From Octopus sinensis (lineage: Eukaryota): a stretch of DNA of 64,000 nt. Made by a program: the position numbers and the translations under genes. The DNA lies in the NCBI RefSeq assembly GCF_006345805.1, contig NC_043009.1, forward strand, positions 6,696,001 to 6,760,000. The letters run 5' to 3'. This document shows positions 23,965 to 36,672 of the stretch, piece by piece; positions within the stretch are counted from its first letter, which is position 1; each line of letters begins with the position of its first letter. The notes under the pieces were generated by a model, which ran no database searches, was not told the origin of the DNA, and saw nothing but the letters and a program-made list of their open reading frames with translations.

Positions 23965-24960
23965 TATTATTATTACTATCATCATCATCATCATCATCAT
24001 CGTTTACTTTTAATCTGCATGTCTTTTACAATAACAGCCGAGAAACCGGTGTCCCTGGGCGAGTGAATGATAAGAGGTGTTACAGTATGACTGAAAGCTT
24101 GGGGAGGAGAAGTGGCATGGGCAATAGCGAAATATATTCATGTAACACAACATCTACATTTAAATTGATAGTATTTGTCTAAGGATGTGGGGAGAACTTG
24201 TCAGCTCAATCTTTTGGATTTCTCTGAGACATGCTTCTCCTGGGATATTATCTAGGTGTTTCTGATCATACCTAGGGCATCCAATAGAGGCCACATCTTT
24301 TGTACTTCAATTTAAGGTCTTTATATTTACTTAATTTGTCAAATTCCCTTACAGATATACTTTTATCAGTTACATCTATTAGTCTACACGTACTTTTTTC
24401 TCAGTCTTTAATGACTATGTCTGGTCAGTTAGCCTGGAGCGTTTTTCAGTTTTGACTGGAAAATCCCAGAGGATAGGGACATTTGTTCCTTCAACGACTG
24501 GCTCAGTAAACAGGCGTGCTGATTTTGTAGTGTTTTGCATATTTTATATTGTAAATACTGTCCTACCCTATCGTGGCGATTTTTATATTCGTTTGGTGTC
24601 GGCTTAAGACATCCCGAGAAGTGATGGTCTATTGTTCAATGAAATGTGTCGTAGAATATGCATTTTGAGTCAGAACCTTTTTGAAGAACGTTAGCCTGAT
24701 AGTTTTTGGTAAGCAAACTTTAATCTTGTGCTGCCAATATCAAACCATCAGTCTCTGCTTTCATTCCTGATCTTCTCAGCCACTGATGGTTTGTTGCTTG
24801 GTCTACATCAGCATTTCGGCTTCGAAGTACATACTGTCCGTGCAGAGGCTTCTAGCTCCACCACTCCACAATTTGTTTCTGCTCTTTTTTTGTTTTGTTT
24901 TGTTTTTCATGAAGACCGTTGTGTTTTTACGTAAGGTAATTTTCTTTACCTGTCTCCAGT
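23881..24960 (-). mobile_element. 3' fragment of an R4/Dong-like non-LTR retrotransposon (RLE endonuclease) with a (TGA)n(TAA)n tail
   Basis: Minus-strand remnants: KPLHGQYVLRS, AETDGLILAAQD, C..TIDH..SGC...NEYKNRHDRVG zinc knuckle, ILWDFPV, DIVIKD, EFDKLSKYKDL, LREIQKI...HILRQILSI*, followed by a UTR and a (TAA)n tract at 23881-24000. Confidence 0.88.
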
Positions 24961-26422
24961 CCACTTGCTGGCAGAAACATTGTATTTAAATCATACGAGA
25001 AAAATGTATTATCAACATTAAGGAGTCATTGGTACAAGCATAAATATTCAGGGTTAAAAGAGGAACTTGTCCATCAGTTTTCTGTTATATACTATCTTTA
25101 CCCTTTATTCTTTAATGCCAGTGGTCATTGAGTACAGGGAATGGAGTTTACTCCATTGCAATCTTTCGGGAAAGCTTTGTGCGCTGAATGATAAATAGAT
25201 ATCATTATACGCTTCTTTCTATAATATATTCCCCTCGGCTGCAAGTCTATAAATATCAATGAGGTATTTACACACAAGTTCGTCAGGCGATTGTAATTAG
25301 TGTTATTCATGCTTAATATCAGAAACAATTATTATTATTAAATCATTATTTAGCATCGACTGCGAGAATCGAGGGAAACTATAAGCAAAACCATTTTCTT
25401 TGTAGCCATCTTGTTTAGGTGATCAAATATCCCCGAGTGACAACGTAAAGTGATCCTTAACGCTTCAGGGCTTCAGGGCTTTTCTTCCTGCCTGGACTTG
25501 AAAGTTTTAAAGTGAGCGGCAGTCTGCACAATTCCTTTCCATCTCACTTTTTTTTAGCCTTGGAGCTCTGACCACAGTGGCTCGGCAGATTAAGACAGAT
25601 ATGATCACCAGCAAGCTGTAGGCTTTAAATTGGAGAGGTCTTCCCCCTAGGTGAATTACCTAACAGGGTTGGAAAGATGCACCAACCCCGGAGTTGCCGG
25701 GAGAATGCGAAAGAGGACAACGGATTTCTTGAGGAACAGCAATCATTAAAATAACGTGTACTTTATTGGCGAGTATTACAGAAAATACTTTGTTGAAAAC
25801 CATTTCTGTATTGAGTTCATATCAAAGCAAAGATGAGTTTTCTTTTCTTCCGTTACCCCCTGGGACCATAATATAAATGACAAGTCAAGAGCAGGAATCG
25901 AGCTATAATACATTATAGATATGATTGGAATTATGACCGTAAGAGATATTTTATTTTCGACCGAAAATTATTAACGTTACTAATATAGCGACAAAGATTC
26001 ACAAAATAAACTGCTGCATCGATTCATTTACATTTACTAATTATAGAGATAACAATATGCCTTGATTGAACGAGTTGTGTGCCTGCTGACCTTTCAGCTT
26101 ATATTAATGGGATAATCTATTTTCAATCCAACAAGTTACAGAAGAAAAGTTGATCCTTATAATTTCCTTCCTTTCAATTTTCATCAGCATTAATATTGTT
26201 GTATTATTGTTGTTGTTGTTGTTGTTGTTGTCATCGTTTTTGTTGCTGTTATTGTTTCGCCAAAGGTCTTTACAGTGTATAGCGTGATGTGGTTTCGTAA
26301 AGATAATTCGTTTGCTTAATTCTTAAAGAATAAGTGAATACTCGATATTTCCAAAAGTCATAGCGATTCCTTATCGTTGCAATAAATTGATGATTTCGTA
26401 TTAATAATGACTATTTTTACTT

Positions 26423-26483
<61 letters not shown>

Positions 26484-26944
26484 CGCTGTGTGATATTATC
26501 CATAACGAGTGAGCAACAGCAGACACTGAAAATCGCCTACAGTGATACAGCGCGAATAGCAACAGAAAAATAAAGAGCAAAACTAAATGAAGTCTGAACA
26601 AAAGAAAGCAGCGCTAACATAATGTTAGGAAGACGTCAATGATAGTATTGGGTCAAAAGCAGTAATTAAGGAGATTAAATTCTCCCCAATGTGAGCTCCC
26701 ATTCAAACACAAAACTGAACATGAATCTCATTCCTAAAATTTTCTCTTTCCATTTTCTCATCTGTATTTCATTATTCTCGTACTTTGTTGACTTTATTTT
26801 CTAGTCAGCACTAGTTTTTCTCATTTGTTTTTTGTTCTTTCCTTTTCTTTTTGTTTTTGGCTTTGCTTAAATTCCTATGCAAAGGACGGAGCAGGTTGAT
26901 ATCTTTTTGGATGCTCGGTAAATTAAACCTAGAGTGCGGTCTGC

Positions 26945-27180
26945 CATGAGTAGGCATGACTCATAAAGCCGGAGATTAATCCGATTTCCATGGCTTATAC
27001 ATAATTGAGATTAAAAAACTCCACCCTGGATGGGACTCTAAACCGTCGAAGGGTTAGCTTCCCAGCTATTGCTATAACTCATTTACAGCTAATTTGACTT
27101 AATTCACTGCTTAGTTCAGGAGTTCAAACAACGACCTTACGATTATAAGCGAAATACTCTCACCACTGGGCCACACGCCT
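26945..27180 (-). mobile_element. Decayed tRNA-derived SINE
   Basis: Minus-strand head ggcgtgtggcccagtggtgagag and a cccatccagggtg motif related to the family R tail. Confidence 0.6.
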
Positions 27181-29878
27181 TCTCACGGTAAATTAAACCG
27201 TGTGAGATTTAGTTAGATTCGTCTATTTGCGAATTTTTAGCTGATGTCATACTTCTGGAATATTCTTCCTGTTCATACCTTTCCCAATTGTTTCAATAGA
27301 ATCATTAATGGCAGCAGTCTCACTAATCTAAATTGATCTGCGAACGCTATGGTTACTGCTCCTTCCTCCAAACCCAGCAACTAAAGAAAGATTATATAAT
27401 TATATGGTTGTGGTTTGTGGTAATCTTTAGATTTATGACCTAGGATTTGACACTCTTTTATTACTGTTATTTGGGTTCAAAATTCTTTCGGGTTCAAAAT
27501 TCTTCAGAAAAGAAAGGTTTTGTTCTCAAGACACGAAAACGACACCTGTTCTCTACACGGTCCCAAAAACACATTGGATGGCATAATGCTAGCTATGCAA
27601 TGGTAGAAATCTTTTGATTAGAGATTTGCCCAGTCAAGGCTGATGTTGGTGAACATTTTCGACTGATGTGAATCGGCACTGGCATGGAATTATGTCTTCT
27701 AATCCCGTACGAATGCAGCTGTATAAGATTTCTACGTAGGCGGCATATAACACAGGATAGAGTAGAAAATGCTATCCCTGAAAACAGAGAAGAATGGTCG
27801 AGAATGGAGAGAACCGAAATAGAAGAAATTAATATTGGAAACGTGTTGGACTTATCAATGTTCGCCATTGATGTTTTCTGAAGAGGATAGGGTTTTTGAT
27901 TGATAGTTGCGAGCCATCAATATCCACTCTTATGCTGATAACATTAACCAACATTCAGCCTTAGCTCTTCCAAAACATGCATCCTTCACGTTCAACCGAG
28001 ACGACCAGAAATGGCCTGAACTCTTTGCATGAATACCCTCCTGTACATAACTCCATGTCCCCCTACATGGCCTTGCTTTTTGCTTTTTGAGCCAAAAAAT
28101 TAACTTAACTTAACAAGAGCATCTAAATGCTAATTCCACTTCATTAAACTCTTCACGTTACCTTTTTTTCAGTGTAGAATTCAATCCAACTTAATTTTAT
28201 GTATGTGTCCTTAAACGCTTTCTCTCCAATCGCTCCCACATTATAATTTTGGCATGTCTAACAGCAGACAAATACCACATTACCCCCTGCACTGGCATAA
28301 TACTAGAATCAAATAATGATACTTCGAAATTTCATGGTGTTTAAGTTACTAATTTGAGACACTGCTGAATCAAATTCTGAATAATTAAATTCTTGCATAC
28401 TTAATACTTAAGGTCAGAAACAAGCAAATTATTATAAATATGAAACAGCATAACGCAATATTTGAACTTCAAAGCTTTGATCTCTAAATATCCTTCGATT
28501 CTTGTCTATATAAGACATTTCTAAATTCGCTGTTTAAGTCGCGTACGAAAGGTTTACAATTGTTATAATTCAGTATTTGTAAATTTAAAATTTTGAATAG
28601 ATATGAGACCAAATGTTTGCATAAGAGGAACTTAGCATTAACTAGGAATAATTTTATCAAGACCTAAAGGACGAATAATAATGCTGACCCCGTTGGGATT
28701 TCAAACTGCCAGACTTTTAATGTTTGCAAAGAATTTAATGTGATTTTCTCTTATCTTCAACTTCAACGTAATATATAAACTATATTAAGAATAAACGTCC
28801 ATAATGTATTCAAAATAACGCATTCATGCATTCATATAAATTTATAGATAATAACATAGAGAATAAGTGTAATCATATACACTATATTTACATCATACTG
28901 AAACTAAGATGAAACACGGCAGGAACATTAAATCAATAGCTGCAGGATAATGTGTTGATTACATTCATAAATTTAATATTTTCAGTTAAGTATTCGTGTC
29001 ATTTATGTATCATTATCTGTCGTATATGTTGTGATATATGTTTGAATGCATATTTATATGTTTAAGATAAATTTATGCCTTGCAGTAAGAGAAACCTGAT
29101 GAAATTCTTTCGGTTCGAAACAAGCAGTCTCCATCCGTAATATGTCTCTGTAGACAGTGTGGTGTTATGATATCACAAATCTCTATAGTAACAGTAAATG
29201 TATATTCAATGTATATTCATTTAACTAAATTAATTAGTTCTTTTGTTGTATGATGACTTGCGTAATGAATTATGCTGATTAGTTTTCAGGCCATACCAGA
29301 GGTTTTATTTTACAACTTGAGTTTGTGTCAGTTTACGCTATCATCAATAAAATATTAACCTCTCTGTACGAAACGGCTTTGTTGCCAGACTATATTTGCC
29401 AAGATTTTGATGACATAACTACAAACCACTCTACATCAAAAGTAAATATCCATTAATCTTATAAACTATACTTTCGCTCATTAGCCTGATTAGAAACATG
29501 AACATCGAATCTAGTTTACTGTATGTAATTCATATGTCATAGTTCTATGACTATGTAGGTATGGACTCAACAAATATGACGTGTTAATTAGTAAATATGC
29601 TCGGTAAATTCGGAGTCATCGTTGCTCTTAAACCTGACATCTGTGAAAATTTCCACAAGACATGAAATCAAAATGAGCAGTAAGATTTAGTACATTTTAT
29701 ATTTCTGAAAGTAATTACCATATCTGGTAATATGGTGTTAAACAATAACGCTATCATTTATTATCATATATAAATACACATACACACACACAGACATATA
29801 TATATATACACACATACATACACACATATATACAGACAGACAGACAGATATATAGATAGATAGATATACAAATAGATC

Positions 29879-29944
<66 letters not shown>

Positions 29945-31499
29945 CAGAGTTTATCTTGTATCTTTACTCTGTTGTTACTTTCAGTCGTGGACTGCGATTA
30001 TCGTGGGGCATCACTCAAAGTCAAGCAAATCGCCACCAGGATTAAGATTATTTTTCAAGCGGGTAATTACACTTTCATTACAGACACAAAGACACGCACA
30101 TACTAATATGAGAGTGTGTGTGTGTGTGTGAGTATGCGCATTTAGGTTTGTGTGTGTATGATTGCTGGGCTGTAAGTTTGTGCTGATAGGAATACCTGTA
30201 ATGGCGTTTATAATGACGGTGGGTCATGTAGTTAATCACATACTTGCTCTGATGGGGCACGAATGAAACGTTTCGCTCTTGTAGTTTATGCAAGTGTCTC
30301 GGTAAAGGGAGATTTTCTAAATAATTCTTTTGCTAGTTAGGTATAGCCTACATTTCCTACCACTTTTGAAGTTCAAAGAATGTTGTATTGATTTTAAAAA
30401 AAACCTTATTTTTTAACAATATATACATAATATTTGCAACAACAGGAGCAACAAGAACAGCACCCACAACAGCAATAACAACACCAACAGCAACAACAAC
30501 AAAACAACAACAATAATAATAATAACCCTAACCCTCACCTACCCAGTACTTGCCCCTTGAAGTTGTAATTCATGTCGCTTTACCCCAACGATTATATCTT
30601 GCCTAACCAAAACTGTTAGATTGTGTTTCTCCTAGATATTAAAGGGTGACTTATGGTTGTTAAATCTGATTCTGAAAGGAGTTCCTGTGGCCCTTAATAC
30701 ACATGTTTGACTCCCATCTGCTGTCCGTTGACGCCACTTGTGCCTTACGTACGACGATATCTATGCTGCAGTGCCTTTTAGGGAAATATGTGGTGTTAAC
30801 TTTGCATGAGCATCTTGCGACTCATTCTTGAGCCTACACGCTAATAATTTATTTTCCACACTAGGTGCGCAGCTCAAAGAAACTTTTAAAGTATGTATGT
30901 TAAATATTTTACAAAGCCTATTCCCGCTGGAAAAAAAATAAAAGAATATCGAGAAGCCGTATTAACAATGTTTAAAGTTTATAATTATAATTCTGTCATC
31001 ACCAGAATATAACTTGGACCGGAAGACACACAAACTGGGAACACATAGATGTGGGACACGGATACAAAAATATGGTATCGGTTACTGAATTACTACATAA
31101 GAGGCCGCTAAATCTAAGGAGCAGATTAGTGGATTACATAAGGAGAGCATTAATCATGTTGTTTAAAAACTTCAACTGTAATTATTTTGGCGGTTAGATA
31201 TAATGGTGGCCCAGTTATATTTGTAAATGCATTCGCCACTCTTCTAATTATTGCCGACCATTTATGATAGAAATGGTTGAATATCTTCTGTATTAGAAAA
31301 TGGTTTGTCCACATTATTTCTTACAGAGCACAGGGCCGGTTTTGCGTTTTCTATTCACGAAATTGCTCGATTTTACCAGCTGAGTGGACTGGGACAAAAT
31401 GAAATGAAATGTTTTACTCAAGAACCAAACGCATCACCCGTTCGAAAGAATTCGGAAACAGATGCTTACGATTTTGACTTCAGCACCCTAACCACTAGT

Positions 31500-31802
31500 G
31501 GAGGCTCAATGGCCCAGTGGCTAGGGCAGCGGACTCGAAGTCGGAGGATCGCGGTTTCGATTCCCAGACCGGGCGTTGTGTGTGTTTATTGAGCGAAAAC
31601 ACCTAAAAGGTCCACGAGGCACCGGCAGGGGGTAGTGGCGACCCCTGTTGTACTCTTTCGCTACAACTTTCTCTCACTCTTTCTTCCTGTTTCTTGAGTA
31701 ATGCTGCGATGGACTTGCGCCCCGTCCAGCTGGTGGGGGTACACATACACCACATAAACCGGGAAACCGGGTCCATGAGCCTGGCTAGGCTTGAAAAGGG
31801 TG
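31500..31802 (+). mobile_element. SINE family R
   Basis: Head ggaggctcaatggcccagtgg...gtttcgattccc (box A/B-like), body and tail shared with 45581. Confidence 0.88.
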
Positions 31803-32729
31803 ATGTTATCCTAAACACTAAGCAATACGTTCCCACATATTGGAACATAGGGTGTTTTAATTCAAATATTCTAAGCTTAGTTGTCTGCTGGTGAACCCTT
31901 TGAGTTTTAGGCCAAGGAAGTTAAATATAAATCATATGCACTTGCAGGCGATTTTTATCTTCGAAAAGGCGGATCGGCGACTGATTAGCCCTTTCATACA
32001 GAAGAGATTCAATAGTTGGTTTGTGGTTAGTTTTGGTTCGTAAAATATATAGGCAGCCTTGGAAAAAGAGGCGGTAAAGTCGAAGTAAATACGAGCTCCC
32101 GTATATTCTTAGACATATACATACGAGAATAATATCATGCATACTATCAAGAACATGTAGATGCCCTGCGAATTTTCAGCCGAAATACATGTCATATGAT
32201 GTGAGGGAAATTATTTAATGTATCATGGTGTGTATGTGTGTGTATTTATATATAGTATTATATTATGTTGTACCGTATTATGTTATAAAATATAATACCT
32301 CATGGTGTCTAGATAATTTGTATGAAACTAATTCTAAATATCTGAGCAAGTATATATATACTGTTTAGGATGGAAACAAACAACATAGGTAGAAGATGCT
32401 TCACGGTCTTGTACTCAATAGGTAATGAGATGCAACGATGAGAAGCATTCCGCTTGGCTAATATGTAAGGTTTTATATGAAGTTTGTTACTATGGCATGA
32501 TTGAGAATTCCAAAAGAGTTCCATTCATTTAATCTTCTAACAGTAATGACAACAAAGGAATGGTGTGAAGTTATGAAGTATATGCCCTTAAGATAGGAAT
32601 GGAACAAAAAGAAATAAAAATCCTCTGGGAATTTCGAAGAGAAACATTATACCATATTATGGATGACGGACAAGTTTATTATAGGGAAGCGTAATTTTCT
32701 TTTTTCAATAGAATTTACTTACTCTCAGA

Positions 32730-33200
32730 CGTCAGTTACTCTTTTACTTGTTTCAGTCATTTGACTGCGGCCATGCTGGAGCACCGCCTTTAGTCGAGCA
32801 AATCGACCCGGGACTTATTCTTTGTAAGCCCAGTACTTATCCTATCGGTCTCTTTTGCCGAACCGCTAAGTGACGGGGACGTAAACACACCAGCATCGGT
32901 TGTCAAGCGATGGTAGGGGGACAAACACAGACACACAAACACACACACACACAGACACAGAAACACACACAGACACAGAAACACACACTTATATATATAT
33001 ACATATATATTATATATATATTATATATATATATATATATATACGACAGGCTTCTTTCAGTTTCCGTCTACCAAATCCACTCACAAGGCATTGGTCGGCC
33101 CGGGGCTATAGCAGAAGACACTTGCCCAAGATGCCACGCAGTGGGACTGAACCCGGAACCATGTGGTTGGTTAGCAAGCTACTTACCACACAGCCACTCC
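32730..33200 (-). mobile_element. SINE family K (ccttgggcaagtg CORE-like domain, internal microsatellite)
   Basis: Reverse complement of the 36255-36672 copy; other copies or fragments at ~14170, 15020, 21515, 36725, 39975, 41665, 42690, 48120, 48345, 48760 and 56100. Confidence 0.88.
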
Positions 33201-33500
33201 TGTATATATATAAGAAGACAATAAGGTTCGAAAAGTGATTAAGTCTTCTCATCGTTTTTTCAATCTACGAAGAAATGGTTATATTTACGCTATTTGTATA
33301 TCCACTGCATAGGTTACGTATATTTGTATCATATCTTGATTCTATAGAGAATAAGATCCCTATTGAGGAGCCGCTCTCATTAAATAAAGTGTTACATACA
33401 TAACGCGTGCAGATAAGTTGCTCCACTTCTCTGAAGGTATTAGATTTGTTTTGTGAATAAAGAGATTGGCTACCTTTTCGTCTGAGAATGATTAAGTGAT

Positions 33501-33553
33501 GCAGACACCTCTGATGAGAACATAGTACGAGTCGAAACCGATTAAGTGTGTAC
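33501..33553 (+). ncRNA. Decayed minimal type I hammerhead in a pLTR-like segment
   Basis: gcagacacct-CUGAUGA-ga..tc-GAAA-CCG-AUU-aagtgtgtac; stem I 7/10 paired, stems II and III eroded; ~50-nt tail then (TG)(TA)n. Confidence 0.5.
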
Positions 33554-33595
33554 ATTATTGTTTTTTAATCTACGGAGAAATAGTTAAGTTTAACG

Positions 33596-33642
<47 letters not shown>

Positions 33643-33727
33643 GCATGTATGCATGTATTTATTTATTCATGTATTTATTATGTATGCTTGCATGTTATTA
33701 TGTATATATATTTATGTCTCTATATAC

Positions 33728-33768
<41 letters not shown>

Positions 33769-35052
33769 TATTCATATATCTATTCACACACATATATATA
33801 TATATATAAATGCATGCATACATAAATTCGTGTGTGTGTTTGTGTTTGTGTGTGTGTGTGTATGTGTGCGCGTGTGTGTGTGTGTGAGTGAGTGTACAGC
33901 CCACGACGCAGAGAATAAATATATGAAATTTTATTCCACTTCTTCCATCCTAAACAGGATATATATACCTGTTCAGATATTTACAATTGCTTTCATACAA
34001 ATTATCTAAACACCATGACGTATTATAGTTTATAATCTAACATAATACGGTACAACATAATATAATACTATATATAAATACACACACACACACACACACC
34101 ATGATACATTAAATAATTTCACTCACATCATATGACATGTATTTCGGTTGAAAATTCGCATCGCATCTGCATGTTCTTGATAATGTGCACGATGTTATTC
34201 GCGTATGTATACGTCTAAGAATATACGGGAGCACGTTTTTTATCTTGTATATTTTTCTTTGTTACGAACGTTCGAATTTCCTTTATAATAATTCTAGCAA
34301 TCTTTCTTCTTGTTTTGTTTTGTTTTGTGTTTCTTTTACCATGTTTTTTTTTGTTGTTTTTGTAATATTTTTGTTTTGTTACCGTGTAGCCATGACAGAT
34401 TTCGTTTACGTACGACATATCAACAGCTGAGTATTTTCTATTGTAATATTTTAATATCATAATGATTTCTTCCTAAAACTCACTATTATGTAACTGCCAA
34501 TAACTAATATTTTCTTTAAGAATTTTCAGAACAACAAAACAGCAACTAAAATATATAATAAAAATGAAACAATATTAAATGCAAAGCATTTTTTAGCGTT
34601 CCTCGTTTCCTCTATATAAATCTACAGCTTTTTCATTTTCACTGGATTTTCCTATATCGTATTGAACATCTGCGTGAGATTTTTTACCTTCATTTTATGA
34701 AGCTACTCCTATATTAATATTTCGATCTAAATTTGAAATTGCTTTTCCTATGTTGTTTTCAGTGTTATTTTACAATAAGACATTGCCTTAAGATACCAAT
34801 TGGTTTCTTAAAAAAAAAAAAATCATCTAGTCAGTTTTCTGTCGCTGCCTTCAATGGAGACAGATATTAAAACATCTATCACAAATACATACAGAAAAAA
34901 ATATATAACTATCAAACGAACGGAGAACCTCGTTATTAACTTTTAAACAATACAATATGCCACATACGTACAAACGCAGTCATGTCGATGTATATTTATG
35001 AATAAATACATATATGATTCCGTATAGCTAAGCCTTACGTACATATACATAC

Positions 35053-35108
35053 ACATGTATACCCTCGTGTCTGTATATATATATATACAGACACGAGGGT
35101 ATACATGT
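35053..35108. repeat. Perfect 56-bp palindrome centred on (TA)7
   Basis: acatgtataccctcgtgtctg-(TA)7-cagacacgagggtatacatgt. Confidence 0.95.
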
Positions 35109-35143
<35 letters not shown>

Positions 35144-35158
35144 CATATATATGTTATA

Positions 35159-35199
<41 letters not shown>

Positions 35200-36140
35200 T
35201 AGATATATATATTTCCTGAGCGCCATACTAATACAATTGTTCGTTTGTTTTCCACCTGCCTTCGTCTTTTGTTTATTTTCATAAAGCTTCCCGTTATATG
35301 TATATATATACAGATTATATATATATATATACACACATGTATATATATACATACATGCATGCATGTATTCCTTGCATACATACAGGTGCATGCGCACGTA
35401 CGTACATGCATACTTACATACTGTATATATATATATATATATATATACACATACATCCATACGTACATATGTATACATGTACATGTGCTTATATAGATGT
35501 ATGCTTGTATTATGTATGTGTAGCGTTGTGTGAATTCGTCTAGGACGAACATAGTTAATGTTTAATTCAAGTGTATGACATATATATATATATCATACGG
35601 GTGCGTGCGCCGTGTGTGTGTAAAAATAAAAGGATAGATGCGTTTATTAACAGACGAAAGTATGCACGTTTGTTTCGTATATAATTCGTTTCTTGGATAT
35701 CCTTCAACTATTTCATTCGTCTAATATTTATTTTATTTTCTATCTCACCGTTTCATACAATATAGTGTTGTATGAGTATCAATACTAAGTCCTTATCATT
35801 TCAACGAATCTCAGAGAGTTACGGATTTTCGTTTCGCCGCAGTTTCGTGTCGCTGTCTTTCATTAGAAAACCAATTTCAATCAATCTTTGCTATCATTTT
35901 AATTCTTTATTCTATCCACATTTAGTTGGAGTTTTCTTTTACTTGTTTTAGTCTTGAAGAACCTTTAGTCGAATGAATGGACTCCAGTAAATGTTTTTCA
36001 GCCTGTTGCTAATTCTATCAATTGTTTTGCCGTACTGTTTACTTACGGGAACGTAAATCCACCAACACCAGTTGTCAACCGGTATATATAAATAGACATA
36101 CAAAGACACACTCACACACACATACACACACACACACATA

Positions 36141-36230
<90 letters not shown>

Positions 36231-36254
36231 AAGAGAGAAAGAGAGAGAGACATA

Positions 36255-36404
36255 TGGGTGTGTGGTAAGTGGCTTGCTTACCAACCACATGGCTCCGGGT
36301 TCAATCCCACTGCGTGGCACCTAGGGCAAGTGTCTTCTACTACAGCCTTGGGCCGACCAAAGCCTTGTGAGTGGATTTGGTAGGCAGAAACTAAAAGTCC
36401 ATCG

Positions 36405-36467
<63 letters not shown>

Positions 36468-36672
36468 TGTGTGTGTGTATGTTTGTGTGTCTGTGTTTGT
36501 CCACCCAACATCGCTTGACAACCGATGCTGGTGTGTTTATATCCCCGTTTATGTCACCGATAGAATAAGTACTAGGCTTACAAAAAATAAGTCCTGGAGT
36601 CAATTTGCTCGACTAAAGGCGGTGCTCCAGCATGGCCGCAGTCAAATGACTTAAACAAATAAAAGAGTAAAA
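36255..36672 (+). mobile_element. SINE family K, near full length
   Basis: Head gtgtggtaagtggcttgc...gggttcaatccc, CORE-like gggcaagtgtcttc, (TA)(TG) linker, tail gtcaaatgacttaaacaaataaaagagtaaaagag. Confidence 0.88.

Larger units (their letters stand above)
32091..34236. repeat. Pair of ~290-bp diverged inverted repeats enclosing ~1.57 kb
   Basis: 32091-32375 is the reverse complement of 33943-34236 (e.g. ccgaaatacatgtcatatgatgtgag / ctcacatcatatgacatgtatttcgg), roughly 80% identical by eye. Confidence 0.85.

Noticed and set aside
27593-27877. Minus-strand ORF KTSMANIDK...CRLRRN...RRHNSMP with a plausible acceptor (ctatcctcttcag)
   Set aside because: Could be a terminal exon, but I recognise no protein family and see no partner exons. 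RNA-seq or BLASTx would decide.
30523-30540. taaccctaaccc telomere-like units
   Set aside because: Only two units next to a TAA/CAA repeat; expected by chance.
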